Part shown: in pieces, positions 28,054 through 37,852 of the stretch
Position numbering within the stretch: position 1 is the stretch's first letter
Layout of the letters: each line of letters begins with the position of its first letter
Assembly (NCBI GenBank): GCA_039934295.1
Contig: JBDTMN010000002.1
Location: 26,725 to 90,724, forward strand
Length of the DNA: 64,000 bases
Source: Candidatus Tayloriibacteriota bacterium
GTDB taxonomy: Bacteria; Patescibacteriota; Minisyncoccia; Phycocordibacterales; HO2-43-120
Reading direction: 5' to 3'
Program-made: the position numbers and the translations under genes
The notes under the pieces: generated by a model
The model's database searches: none
The model's input: the letters and a program-made list of their open reading frames with translations, nothing else
Told to the model about the DNA's origin: nothing

Positions 28054-29703
28054 TTATTCCGCAACGATATGGTCTTTGAAATAGCGGAGGGTACTACCGA
28101 CTTTCTTGCCTGGGTTCAGAATGTTTTGCGGGTCAAAAATGTTTTTTACCTCCTTGAAAAGCGCCATGATTTCTTCTCCATACATCTTTGGAAGATAGGG
28201 TGTCCGCACAATGCCGTCTCCATGCTCGGCCGTGATCGAGCCCTTGTATTCTAAGACCAACTTATAGACTTCGCTTGAGACGTTCATAATAATCCCCTTT
28301 TCACGCGGGTCGCGCATGTCCATAAGGGGAATAATATGGAAGTTGCCGTTGCCTACATGCCCCGCAATGGTATAGACGAGTTTGTATCTGTCCAAAATTT
28401 CCGTTAGCTTCGGCATGAATTCGGGCAGGTGTTCGGGTCGAACAATAATGTCGTCGATGAAGGGCGCCGTTCTGCGATTCTTCACATGTTTGCGAAGGAG
28501 ATTGAAACTCTCACGGCGGATCGTCCAATACTTTTTTGATTCTTCCTCCGACGCAGTCACGCGAGTTTTTAAATGAAATGGCGCAAGATGTGCGTCAAGT
28601 TTCTGCATCTTGTCGTTCACGGCAGACTCGGAATCGTCCGCAAATTCGACGAGCACCACGAGCTTGGGCATCCCGCCTGTCACCATCATCCACGCTTCAG
28701 GAAGAAAACTCCACATAAGCTTCAAGAAACTGGTTTTCATCGTGCGCACCATGTCCGGCATAAATTTGATAGCTAGCATTAGAGTGTGGTCATCGTATGA
28801 TTCGAAACTCTCCGGCTTAAAGGGTAAAATTTCATTCACAAGCTTCGCGACAGGGTCGAGGCTTTTTAGGAAGATGACGTATAGTTTTGAATATTTCTTC
28901 ACCGGCACGAGCTTGAAAGTAATTTCGGTCGTAATCGCCAAAGTCCCCTGCGAGCCGACCAAAAGCTTATTCAAATCAAACGTCACTCCATCCCAGACAT
29001 TCCAAAGAAAGTATCCGGCGGAATTCTTGGAAACTTTGGGCTTCGCGCTCGCAAGCAAGTCTTTGTTTTTTTCGACGAGTTCAAAAACGCGTTTGTAGAT
29101 ACTACCTTCAAAATCGTTCTGCGACATTTTGATGTCGAGTTCGGGTTTTGCAAGTGGTTTAACAACATACTCGTTGCCGTCAGAAAAAATCACTTTGAGC
29201 TTATTAATGTAATCTTCCGTTTTTCCATAAGCGAGCGTTTTTTCCCCTCCCGAATTATTGCCTACCATTCCTCCTACGGCGCACAATTCTTTCGAGGCGG
29301 TATAGGAAGGCAGAAACACGCCTTTCTCCAACGTCTTCTTTTCAAAATCCCTATAGAATGTTCCGGGGAGAACAACAGCTTCTTCGTGGCCGGCTTCGGC
29401 AGAAACAGAAAGAGTCCCCTGCATGTATTTGTTGACATCGAGAATAATTGAGTCATTCAAAGGTCCTCCCGACATGCACGTGCCAGCCGCCCTCGGCGTT
29501 ATCGAGAGCGTCGGATTTTCTTTTTTGCGGTCTCGAACAAATCTGACAAGATTTTTTATATCCTCGACATCTTTTGGAAAGACGACTAGCTCCGGCGTCA
29601 CTTCAAGGAGACTCGCGTCGTGGCTGTATTTTTTGAGCGATTCCTCATCGTCCGCCACATCGCCTTTCACAAATTGTTTTATTTCTTCTTTCATGATATT
29701 CAA
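28054..29703 (-). CDS. FAD-linked oxidase (GlcD / D-lactate dehydrogenase-like, PCMH-type FAD-binding domain)
   Basis: 549 aa with an N-terminal FAD-binding segment (RAAGTCMSGG) and the typical C-terminal FAD-oxidase tail IFDPQNILNPGKKV. Confidence 0.7.
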   Translation of the reverse strand: MNIMKEEIKQFVKGDVADDEESLKKYSHDASLLEVTPELVVFPKDVEDIKNLVRFVRDRKKENPTLSITPRAAGTCMSGGPLNDSIILDVNKYMQGTLSVSAEAGHEEAVVLPGTFYRDFEKKTLEKGVFLPSYTASKELCAVGGMVGNNSGGEKTLAYGKTEDYINKLKVIFSDGNEYVVKPLAKPELDIKMSQNDFEGSIYKRVFELVEKNKDLLASAKPKVSKNSAGYFLWNVWDGVTFDLNKLLVGSQGTLAITTEITFKLVPVKKYSKLYVIFLKSLDPVAKLVNEILPFKPESFESYDDHTLMLAIKFMPDMVRTMKTSFLKLMWSFLPEAWMMVTGGMPKLVVLVEFADDSESAVNDKMQKLDAHLAPFHLKTRVTASEEESKKYWTIRRESFNLLRKHVKNRRTAPFIDDIIVRPEHLPEFMPKLTEILDRYKLVYTIAGHVGNGNFHIIPLMDMRDPREKGIIMNVSSEVYKLVLEYKGSITAEHGDGIVRTPYLPKMYGEEIMALFKEVKNIFDPQNILNPGKKVGSTLRYFKDHIVAE

Positions 29704-29804
29704 TGGAAATGTATGAGCTTGACTTTTTTCTTTGATTAGCTATTATAGTAATACAAATGCCTTCGGGCTCGCCCTCTCACGAGGGAGAAAAATAAGAAAG
29801 ACCG

Positions 29805-30266
29805 TCAGAGTATATCTTTGACGGTTTTTCTTATTCCTTCCCTCCCCTCCTCAGTTGAGGAGGGGTTAGGGGTGGTGCTGCCCAAAACTTCTTGCATCTT
29901 TATCAAAACTCCGTTTAGGTTTGTATTTACTTCATTATTCCAGAACCTTAGAACGTCACATCCTATGCTATTAAAAAACTTTGTCCTCCTAAAATCATAT
30001 TCTTTATTGTTATCGTCATCATGCTGACTACCGTCGATTTCAATGACAAGTTTCTTTTGTGAACAATAAAAATCCACGATGTATTGACCGACACTGTGTT
30101 GTCTTCTGAATTTATATCCGAGTTGTCCATTTTTCAACCTTGACCAGAGAATAATTTCTTGAGGTGTCGCGCTACTTCGCAAAGATTTTCGCATATCTTT
30201 AAGGATATTAAGATTATGAACAGTTCGCATATAAAAATTTTCACACCACCCCGCCGCGGACGGCAC
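29805..30266 (-). CDS. DUF559 (Vsr-like) endonuclease domain protein
   Basis: ATPQEIILWSRLKNGQLGYKFRRQHSVGQYIVDFYC....LVIEIDGSQHD matches the DUF559 pattern. The N- and C-terminal extensions are translated from flanking GGGAGG hairpins. Confidence 0.7.
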   Translation of the reverse strand: MPSAAGWCENFYMRTVHNLNILKDMRKSLRSSATPQEIILWSRLKNGQLGYKFRRQHSVGQYIVDFYCSQKKLVIEIDGSQHDDDNNKEYDFRRTKFFNSIGCDVLRFWNNEVNTNLNGVLIKMQEVLGSTTPNPSSTEEGREGIRKTVKDIL

Positions 30267-30293
30267 CCCTCCTCATCCGAGGATGGGAGGAGG
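29845..30293. mobile_element. DUF559 gene unit bounded by C/G-rich hairpins and short terminal inverted repeats (ggggtggtg / caccaccc), putatively mobile
   Basis: Left hairpin cccctcctc-agttg-aggagggg (29845-29868) plus ggggtggtg (29870-29878). Right caccaccc (30245-30252) plus hairpin cccctcctcatcc-gagg-atgggaggagg (30265-30293). A solo remnant of the same hairpin/TIR lies at 41571-41664. Confidence 0.35.
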
Positions 30294-30306
30294 AAAATAA
30301 ACTAAT

Positions 30307-31173
30307 TTACATCTTATTAAACAACTTCAGCCGAGCCTCCGCCACCCTCTCCACTTCCTCCATGGGTAATTTCATATATTTATACGGCGCGACCTCTTCG
30401 GGATTTTCCGCCAGGGACTTTTTGATTCCGTTTACGAATGCGACCCGAAGCTCGGTGGAAATGTGCGTGATTGAAATCCCGGCGTCAATTGCAGAAACTA
30501 AATCTTCGTCCACCGTTCCCGAGCCTCCATGAAGAACGAGGGGGATGCCCGACGCAACTCTAATATCTTTGATTCTCTTTATGTCGAGGCGGGGGTCATG
30601 TCCCACTCGCATCATGCCGTGGACGTTCCCCACCGCCGGAGCCAGAAGATCGATTCCCGTCATTTCAACAAATTTTTTCGCAACGTCCGGATGGGTAAGG
30701 TCATCACCCGTAACTTTTACGCCCTCGGGAAGCGCGTCCAATACTTTGGACGACTGACCGATGTATCCAAGCTCCCCCTCAATTAAAATATCGGGGCGGA
30801 CACTTTTTGCATATTCAACGCACTTCTTTGTCATCGCCACATTTTCATCGAAAGAAAGCTTCGCCCCGTCAATGATTGCAAGATCAAACCCTGCATCTAT
30901 CGCTTCCTTCACCCGCTCAAAACTATACGTGTGGTCAGCATTCAAAAAGACCGGGAAATTCGCTTCTTCCCGAAGACTTCGAACAACCGCCACAATTTGC
31001 TTTACTCCAAAAAAAGCGCGTTCACCTTCCGATGCTCCAATAATGACGGGAACACCGAGCTTCTTAGCCGCTGTGAACACCGCTTGAACCATCTCGATGT
31101 TTGAAATATTAAAATGTCCGATTGCGACCTTATTTTTTTCCGCCTCGGCAATGTATTCAAGAAGCGTTTTCAT
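30307..31173 (-). CDS. fba: Class II fructose/tagatose-bisphosphate aldolase
   Basis: MKTLLEYIAEAEKNKVAIGHFN... and LVLHGGSG match class II FBA. Confidence 0.85.
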   Translation of the reverse strand: MKTLLEYIAEAEKNKVAIGHFNISNIEMVQAVFTAAKKLGVPVIIGASEGERAFFGVKQIVAVVRSLREEANFPVFLNADHTYSFERVKEAIDAGFDLAIIDGAKLSFDENVAMTKKCVEYAKSVRPDILIEGELGYIGQSSKVLDALPEGVKVTGDDLTHPDVAKKFVEMTGIDLLAPAVGNVHGMMRVGHDPRLDIKRIKDIRVASGIPLVLHGGSGTVDEDLVSAIDAGISITHISTELRVAFVNGIKKSLAENPEEVAPYKYMKLPMEEVERVAEARLKLFNKM

Positions 31174-31356
31174 GGGGATATTGTATCACAATCCATCGGT
31201 ATGGAAAATTCGAAATTCGAAGAGCGAAATTCGAAAAAATTCAGAATAATTAACTGAAAGATCAGTTGCTTGAATTTAGAATTTTTTCACATTTTTTCGA
31301 ATTTCGAATTTCGGATTTCGTGCTTATATTTTTGCTTTTTGCTATACTATTCGAAT

Positions 31357-32346
31357 ATGAGAAACATGGACTTCCTCGCCATCGGTGACGTTACCACCGA
31401 CGCGTTCATCCGAATCAAGGACGCGAGCGTAACCTGCGACCTGGACCGCCGTAATTGCAAGCTCTCTTTGAATTTCGCCGACAAAGTGCCCTACGAATCG
31501 GTGACAGAACTTCCAGGAGTCGGAAACAGCCCTAACGCCGCCGTCTGCGCCGCCCGACTCGGACTCTCTTCGGCAATTGTTACGAATGTGGGCGATGATG
31601 AAAACGGGAAAGCTTGTGAAAAAGCTTTGAAGCAAAACGGGGTTAAGGCCAACTACCTCACCCGAGAAAAAGGCAGAAAAACAAATTACCACTACGCCCT
31701 TTGGTATGAAGACGAACGAACGATTTTAGTAAAACATGAGGAATTCAACTATTCCCTTCCAAAAATACAGACTCCTTCCTGGGCATATGTGAGCTCTCTC
31801 GGGTCAAACTCATTCAACTACCATTTGGAAATTATTGAGTTTCTAAAGAAAAATCCGGAGGTGAAACTTGTTTTTCAGCCCGGAACATTCCAAATGAAGC
31901 TCGGTCGGGAGAAACTAAAAGATATTTACGCGCGGTCAGAAATTTTTATCTGTAATGTTGAAGAAGCGCAGAGAATACTTGACATGCCAAACGGAGAAAT
32001 AAAAGCACTGCTGGCAAAGATGCACACGCTTGGACCGAAAATTGTTTCAATAACCGACGGTCCGAAAGGCGCCTACGCTTCCGACGGAAAAGCGCAGTGG
32101 TTCATGCCGATCTACCCCGACCCAAAACCCCCTCTTGAGAGAACAGGTTGCGGAGACTCCTTTGCCGCTACCCTTACGGTGGCAATTTCTCTAGGCAAAA
32201 GCTTAGAAGAAGCTCTCCTGTGGGCGCCGATTAACCCCATGTCTGTGGTACAATATGTGGGGGCGCAGGAAGGGCTTTTGAGCCGAAAAGCGCTAGAGGA
32301 TCTCTTAGCGAGGGCACCTGCCGATTATAAACCTAGAAAAATATGA
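31357..32346 (+). CDS. PfkB-family carbohydrate kinase (ribokinase-like)
   Basis: DFLAIGDVTTD at the N-terminus and the PfkB signature TGCGDSFAATLT. The start is taken at the internal ATG 31357 (MRNMDFLAIGD). Confidence 0.8.
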   Translation: MRNMDFLAIGDVTTDAFIRIKDASVTCDLDRRNCKLSLNFADKVPYESVTELPGVGNSPNAAVCAARLGLSSAIVTNVGDDENGKACEKALKQNGVKANYLTREKGRKTNYHYALWYEDERTILVKHEEFNYSLPKIQTPSWAYVSSLGSNSFNYHLEIIEFLKKNPEVKLVFQPGTFQMKLGREKLKDIYARSEIFICNVEEAQRILDMPNGEIKALLAKMHTLGPKIVSITDGPKGAYASDGKAQWFMPIYPDPKPPLERTGCGDSFAATLTVAISLGKSLEEALLWAPINPMSVVQYVGAQEGLLSRKALEDLLARAPADYKPRKI

Positions 32347-32678
32347 ATGAAGCCGAAAAAACGGAATTTCTTGAGGACGTGGCGGCTGAAAAAATAGCTT
32401 TCGCGTCAGAAGACCAAGAAAAAGTGGCGCACGAGCTCAAAATCCTTCAGACAAAATTGCGCAAACGTTTCAGTATGAACGATCGAGCTTTGATTGCGGG
32501 AGCGGAAGAAATGACGATGAATAGCGGGCAGAAGGAAGAAGCTTGGAAAGAATTGCGAACGATTCAGAGTGACATTTCTAAAATGCTCGCCGATAGATCC
32601 AGCGGACGAGAAGAGCTTAAAAGAATTGAGAAACGTATTCAATCGCTTGAGTCCATTCTTTCTCCAGAGAATCAATGA
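32343..32678 (+). CDS. Hypothetical coiled-coil protein, translationally coupled to the kinase gene
   Basis: 111 aa, charged and helical, with 4-nt overlap on the upstream stop. Confidence 0.4.
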   Translation: MNEAEKTEFLEDVAAEKIAFASEDQEKVAHELKILQTKLRKRFSMNDRALIAGAEEMTMNSGQKEEAWKELRTIQSDISKMLADRSSGREELKRIEKRIQSLESILSPENQ

Positions 32679-32755
32679 GTCGGTCTCGGAAATGACTTTT
32701 TTCACATCTCCAAACGCGTGTTGGAGATTTTTTCTACACTTTCAAATCGCCATTC

Positions 32756-33145
32756 TTATTCTTCCTTAAAAATGTCAAGTTTCGACAATAATTCTGTTTT
32801 GATTTCTTCAGGAGTGTTCACTAGATATTTATCTCTGACGTATGCTTGACGTTTGAGCAGGGCTTGTAAGTTTGCATTCGCTTGTTTGTATTGTTCTTCA
32901 AATTCCTTCGGAAATAATCCTTCTAATATTTGAAAGTATGCGAAAATTACGGAGAGAGTACTGCCGTAACAAGCGATCCACGGGTTACGACTTCCACCTT
33001 TCAATTCATTATCAATGTTAGCGGGCGCTTGACTGATTGCTTTCTTGATAATTTTTATTATCCCTTCCTCGGTATTCTCATCATTTTCGTTTGAGTTATC
33101 ACCTCCTTCAGTATTTAGTACACCTTTTTCAAGTAGATTTGTCAT
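32756..33145 (-). CDS. Hypothetical protein
   Basis: 129-aa ORF with an acidic N-terminus and no motif. Confidence 0.35.
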   Translation of the reverse strand: MTNLLEKGVLNTEGGDNSNENDENTEEGIIKIIKKAISQAPANIDNELKGGSRNPWIACYGSTLSVIFAYFQILEGLFPKEFEEQYKQANANLQALLKRQAYVRDKYLVNTPEEIKTELLSKLDIFKEE

Positions 33146-33155
33146 TTTTTTGATG

Positions 33156-34151
33156 CTATTTTCTTTTTAAAACTTTATTGACCGCATCTCTAATATCTTT
33201 TTCGCCCATTCCATAATGCTCGAGAAGTTCCTCTGGCTTTCCTGATTGACCGAATTCATCTTTCACTCCTACAAACTCTTGTGGAACGGGATAATTTTTG
33301 GCCAAGAATTCTGCAACAGCGGAGCCCATTCCGCCAGCTATTTGATGCTCCTCTACAGTGACAATTCTTCCCGTCTCTTTAGCAAGACGCAGTATGGCAT
33401 GTTCGTCCAAGGGCTTAATGGTTGAGAGATTAAGAACTTTCACTCCTATCTTCTCTTTCTCCAATTCCTTGGCGACTTTGAGCGCTTTGTGAAGAAGCGC
33501 GCCTGTCGCGATAATACCCACTTCTGCCTTTCCTACAATTGGTTCGAAGAAAACGTGCGCTTTTCCTACCTCAAATGGAGTATCCTCCGTAGTTATAACA
33601 GGAGTTTTATCGCGTGCGAGCCGAAGATAAACCGGCTTCCCCATCTTCGCCACAGCTTGGGTTGCCTTCTTGGCTTCTATTGCATCGCATGGCGAAATTA
33701 CAACCATGTTGGGAATAACCCGAGTGATGGCAATGTCTTCAATCGCCTGATGCGTCCCCCCATCGGGACCCACAGAAATTCCAGCGTGTGAGCCCGCTAT
33801 AATTACCGCTCTGTCGTTGTAACAAATCGTTGTGCGAATCTGCTCCCAGTTTCTGCCCGGAGAAAACATGGCGTAAGAGGAAATGAACGGGATTTTCCCC
33901 ATTGCTGACATCCCCGAAGCCACGCTAGCCAAATTCTGCTCGGCCACCCCCATTTCGATAAACCTCTCTGGAAATTTATTTTTGAAAAGATGCATCTTGG
34001 TGCTCTCTGTTAGGTCAGCGCAAAGGCCCACGACCCTTTTGTCCGCTTCTCCCGCGAGCACCAAACCTTCCCCGAACCCTTTACGGATTTCGGCCAATTC
34101 GACATCATTGTCAAAGAGTTTGGAATTGAGTTTTTGAGATTGGCTTAACAT
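33156..34151 (-). CDS. Transketolase, C-terminal (pyrimidine-binding) subunit
   Basis: FIEMGVAEQNLASVASGMSAMGKIPF pyrimidine-binding domain. 331 aa. Confidence 0.85.
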   Translation of the reverse strand: MLSQSQKLNSKLFDNDVELAEIRKGFGEGLVLAGEADKRVVGLCADLTESTKMHLFKNKFPERFIEMGVAEQNLASVASGMSAMGKIPFISSYAMFSPGRNWEQIRTTICYNDRAVIIAGSHAGISVGPDGGTHQAIEDIAITRVIPNMVVISPCDAIEAKKATQAVAKMGKPVYLRLARDKTPVITTEDTPFEVGKAHVFFEPIVGKAEVGIIATGALLHKALKVAKELEKEKIGVKVLNLSTIKPLDEHAILRLAKETGRIVTVEEHQIAGGMGSAVAEFLAKNYPVPQEFVGVKDEFGQSGKPEELLEHYGMGEKDIRDAVNKVLKRK

Positions 34152-34414
34152 TATAGCAGTCCTTTTATTTTAAGAATCCCGAAGCTAATCGAAGATATAA
34201 CTAAAATTATTCCTTCAATCCTTCTTAGTGAATAGTCTCGCAAGGTCTGCGGGTAGTCGTAACTGGCTTTTTTATTGAAAAGGAGCGTAATACCCAGAAG
34301 AAAGCTCACAGCTATGAATAGATAAATCCAGGTCGGCTGAAGCAACTTGCTGAACCAGAGCGTAATAGCCAAGAGAAGAAAAACTATTTTTAATATTATT
34401 TCTATATACCTCAT
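34151..34414 (-). CDS. Small membrane protein inserted between the transketolase halves
   Basis: 87 aa starting at the internal Met (MRYIEIILKIVFLLLAITLWF...), with 2-3 TM helices. Confidence 0.35.
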   Translation of the reverse strand: MRYIEIILKIVFLLLAITLWFSKLLQPTWIYLFIAVSFLLGITLLFNKKASYDYPQTLRDYSLRRIEGIILVISSISFGILKIKGLL

Positions 34415-34457
34415 CGTTGTTATTTTTAAAGCTAAAACCTGACAGCTAATAGCTTCC

Positions 34458-35324
34458 CTACTCATGTTCACTCCTAATCTTTCCTCCCAGCGTTCGGAGC
34501 GCGTGAAGAGCAATCTTTTTCTCCTCCGGAGTGGTCGGAGGCTTGCCATGCCATTCGAATTTTCCTTCAAATTCTGGAATGCCCTTTGATGGAATCGTGT
34601 GAGCTATAATTACCGATGGCTTCTCGCTCACCGCCCGTGCTTGCCCAACCGCCTCGTCAATTGCCCGAAAGTTATGCCCATCCACCTCCTGCACATGCCA
34701 GTTGAATGACCTCCATTTGTCCACAATGGGCTCTAAAGGCATGATGTCCTCGGTGAAGCCGTCTATCTGAATGTTGTTGCGGTCCACTATCGCCGTCAGG
34801 TTTTGCAATTTTTCTTTCCCGGCAAGAAGTATCGCCTCCCACGTTTGGCCTTCATCATGCTCGCCATCGGACATAAGGCAATAAAATTGCTTTCCGCTTG
34901 AGCGCCCGTTGTCCATGCGGTCTGCAAGCGCCATACCTACAGCTTGTGAGAGACCTGCGCCGAGTGGTCCCGACGAGGTTTCAAGCGAGGGAAGCCATTC
35001 TCGGTGTGGATGCCCCTGAAGACGTGTGCCGAATTTGCGAAGCGTCTTCAATTCCGAGACGGGAAAATATCCGGCGTGGGCCATCGTAGCGTAGAGAACC
35101 GGACAAATGTGGCCGTTTGAAAGCACAAGTCGGTCTCGCTCCGACCAGTCCGGCTTTTTTGGGTCATGCTTCAACGCGTAAAAATAGAGGTATGTAAAAA
35201 TATCGGTCATGCCAAGTGGCCCCGCCGTGTGTCCCGAGCCAGCCTCGATGAGCATCTCAATAATCGAGGTGCGGATTTGGTTGGCTGTGAGTTCAAGTTC
35301 GTGAATTTTTTTGTCATCCAACAT
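34458..35324 (-). CDS. Transketolase, N-terminal (TPP-binding) subunit
   Basis: GSGHTAGPLGMTDIFTYLYF and SNGHICPVLYA are transketolase N-terminal motifs. Confidence 0.85.
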   Translation of the reverse strand: MLDDKKIHELELTANQIRTSIIEMLIEAGSGHTAGPLGMTDIFTYLYFYALKHDPKKPDWSERDRLVLSNGHICPVLYATMAHAGYFPVSELKTLRKFGTRLQGHPHREWLPSLETSSGPLGAGLSQAVGMALADRMDNGRSSGKQFYCLMSDGEHDEGQTWEAILLAGKEKLQNLTAIVDRNNIQIDGFTEDIMPLEPIVDKWRSFNWHVQEVDGHNFRAIDEAVGQARAVSEKPSVIIAHTIPSKGIPEFEGKFEWHGKPPTTPEEKKIALHALRTLGGKIRSEHE

Positions 35325-35403
35325 GGTAGTTTAGTATGATAGTAAGTTAGTATATTAGTATGCCAGAAACTAGAATTCTTCTAAAATACCAACTTACTAT
35401 CTA

Positions 35404-36078
35404 CTAGCTTACTTTCTTAAACTCCTCAACCGTTTCCACAAGATTTTCGCTCTCGAATATCGCCGAGCCCACCACGAGCCGGTCTGCGCCTTCTTCTTTT
35501 AAAAGCTTCGCATTCTCCAAATTTACCCCTCCATCAACTGACACCAAAATCTCCGGATGATTGTTCTTGAATTCCCTGATTTTACCATAGACTCTCTCGT
35601 CAAGCTCTTCTCCCTGGAAGCCAATCTTCGCAATTCCCATAAATTGCACGAATTGAATGTTCTCGAGATAAGGCAAAATGGCATCATTCGGCGTATCGGG
35701 ATTAAGAGCAATCCCCAGTTCAACCACATCTTGAGTTGCAGAAAATATCGAACTTATCTCATTTTTTAGCGCTTCAACATGAATAATAATGCGCGATGCC
35801 CCTGCGCTTATCCAATCGGAAACAACCGCCTCGGGATTCAGGACCATCAAATCAACTTCAAAATCAAGCTCTTTCCAATAGGGCATTCCTTCGTCCTCTT
35901 TCAAAATCTTCTCGAAATCGACGCTGTATTTTCCCTTTACATATGGCCAGCTCTCCCTCGGCACAAATTTCCCGTCACAGACGTCAATCTGCACTAAAGG
36001 AACGAGACCTTTCACTTGCGAGAGATGCTCCTCTAAATCTTCGAAATTTTTGGGGATGATGGCGGGGATTATGGTCAT
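35404..36078 (-). CDS. rpe: Ribulose-phosphate 3-epimerase
   Basis: IIPAIIPKNFEDLEE...LVQIDVCDGKFVP and the RPE barrel pattern. Confidence 0.85.
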   Translation of the reverse strand: MTIIPAIIPKNFEDLEEHLSQVKGLVPLVQIDVCDGKFVPRESWPYVKGKYSVDFEKILKEDEGMPYWKELDFEVDLMVLNPEAVVSDWISAGASRIIIHVEALKNEISSIFSATQDVVELGIALNPDTPNDAILPYLENIQFVQFMGIAKIGFQGEELDERVYGKIREFKNNHPEILVSVDGGVNLENAKLLKEEGADRLVVGSAIFESENLVETVEEFKKVS

Positions 36079-36150
36079 GAAAAAAGCTTTTAGCTTCTAG
36101 CTGTTAGCTACTAGCTTTAAAATTAAAAGCTGACAGCTAATAGCTCTAAG

Positions 36151-36612
36151 TTAGCTAATGTTGTCTAACATCGCATTCCTCTTCATATGCCTCTCGTCGG
36201 CTGAAAACGGTGTCGCGAGCCACATATCAACTGCCTGTTTCGCTTCGGAAAAAGGCACAAAGTCCGCGCCTAACGCAAGGACATTAGCATCATTGTGTTC
36301 TCTTCCGAGACGGACAACTTCCAAATTCCCGCCATCATACACAATCGCTCGCACCCCGGGAAACCGATTGCACACTATGGCTTCGCCTTGCCCCGATTTG
36401 CCTATTACAATTCCCCTATTCTTCTCCGGATTTTGAGCTATCGTAAACGCAAGTGGAGTCAAAATTTCCGGGTAATCATCTCCCTCCACATATTTTTTCG
36501 CTCCAAAATCTTCCACGTCGAAATCCTTGCCGAGAAGATATTTCTTAAGCTCCTCTTTCAATGCAAATCCCGCGTGATCGGACCCGATAAAAATTTTAGA
36601 TGATTTCTGCAT
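36151..36612 (-). CDS. rpiB: Ribose-5-phosphate isomerase B
   Basis: KIFIGSDHAGFALKEELKKYL is the RpiB/LacAB signature. Confidence 0.85.
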   Translation of the reverse strand: MQKSSKIFIGSDHAGFALKEELKKYLLGKDFDVEDFGAKKYVEGDDYPEILTPLAFTIAQNPEKNRGIVIGKSGQGEAIVCNRFPGVRAIVYDGGNLEVVRLGREHNDANVLALGADFVPFSEAKQAVDMWLATPFSADERHMKRNAMLDNIS

Positions 36613-36676
36613 GGAACTAGTATATCACTAAGTCTCGGGTTTTGATAAGAATCCTGCCTCGTCTTTTAAAATGTCT

Positions 36677-36702
36677 TAAAAAAAGCTGTCATTTCTGACA
36701 GC
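36677..36702 (-). terminator. Rho-independent terminator downstream of the sigma-70 gene
   Basis: gctgtca-tttc-tgacagc hairpin preceded on the + strand by aaaaaaa, which is the U-run on the minus strand. Confidence 0.7.
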
Positions 36703-36723
36703 CATGACGTCCTCCCTACATTC

Positions 36724-37626
36724 TCAGTCCAATACCGAGGGCTCTACACCCAAACGTTTGAGTTTGAGGCGAAGACTTCGAAGAGCTTTGTTTTGGATTT
36801 GACGAATCCTTTCCCTAGTGACTCTTAGCAGTGGAGCGATTTCTTCCAGCGTTTTCTCATCTTGGCCATCAAGTCCAAAACGCGCAGTTAAGATTGTCGC
36901 CTCTCTTTTAGACAGTGTGCTCACCAAGCGTCGAAGCACGGCGTACTCGACCTTCACTTCCACTTCTACATCTGGAGGTAAAACACTACTGTCGGGAATC
37001 ATTTGCTCGAGGATAAAAGAATCTTCGTCAGTTTCCATCGGCACTTGGAGCGAGGTCGTTCCGGTTACAGCAAGACGAAGTTTCCTAACACGGAGAGCTG
37101 TGATGCCGAGTTCTCCAGCAATTTCTTCATCGGTTGGTTCTCGGCCAAGTTGGCGGTGAAGCTCTTCATCGACTCGACCCAACTTGGAGAACGTTTCGAA
37201 CACGTGCGGAGGCAATCTAATGGTTCTTCCCTGGCTTGATAAAGCGCGCATGATTGCTTGCCTAATCCACCAACGGGCATAATTCGATAGCTTACCCCCT
37301 TTTCCGAGTTCAAACTTATCGACCGCTTTCATGAGACCAATATTACCCTCATTAATAAGATCAAGTAATGGCATTCCAAGATCTTCGAAATCGCGAGCAA
37401 TTTTTATGACCAACCGAAGATTGGCCTTAATCATATGTTCTCGAGCCCGTGGACGATCTTTCTCCGGACCATGTATGATTTGATTAAAAAGCTCCAATTC
37501 TTCAGCCGGGGTGAGCACTTGAACCAGCCCGACTTCTTTCATATACAAACGGAGTGCGGAACTATCCTTCGCACCCCCGCCCATTTCTGTGGACACGGAT
37601 GCAATCGGTAATTCAACATCGTTCAT
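36724..37626 (-). CDS. RNA polymerase sigma-70 family factor (primary-like, lacks region 1.1)
   Basis: Region 2 LRLVIKIARDFEDLGMPLLDLINEGNIGLMKAVDKFELGKGGKLSNYARWWIRQAI. Region 4 LTARFGLDGQDEKTLEEIAPLLRVTRERIRQIQNKAL. Confidence 0.85.
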   Translation of the reverse strand: MNDVELPIASVSTEMGGGAKDSSALRLYMKEVGLVQVLTPAEELELFNQIIHGPEKDRPRAREHMIKANLRLVIKIARDFEDLGMPLLDLINEGNIGLMKAVDKFELGKGGKLSNYARWWIRQAIMRALSSQGRTIRLPPHVFETFSKLGRVDEELHRQLGREPTDEEIAGELGITALRVRKLRLAVTGTTSLQVPMETDEDSFILEQMIPDSSVLPPDVEVEVKVEYAVLRRLVSTLSKREATILTARFGLDGQDEKTLEEIAPLLRVTRERIRQIQNKALRSLRLKLKRLGVEPSVLD

Positions 37627-37852
37627 AGAAGTTTCCTGTCTCTGTTTTCTGATTCACGTTGTTCTGTCTGGCTAAAATAGTATTCCAAGAACAATAGTTG
37701 TCAATCTTTCGATATTTCATTTTTTACTATGTAAAATTGTCTGTAAAATTATCCCACTCGTCTTAATTACTTTTTTTGAAAAATCAGCCAAAAAACTCGC
37801 CGAAGCCCCGCCTTGCTAGACCTTGATATCGGGGAAACGGACCCAATCCCAA

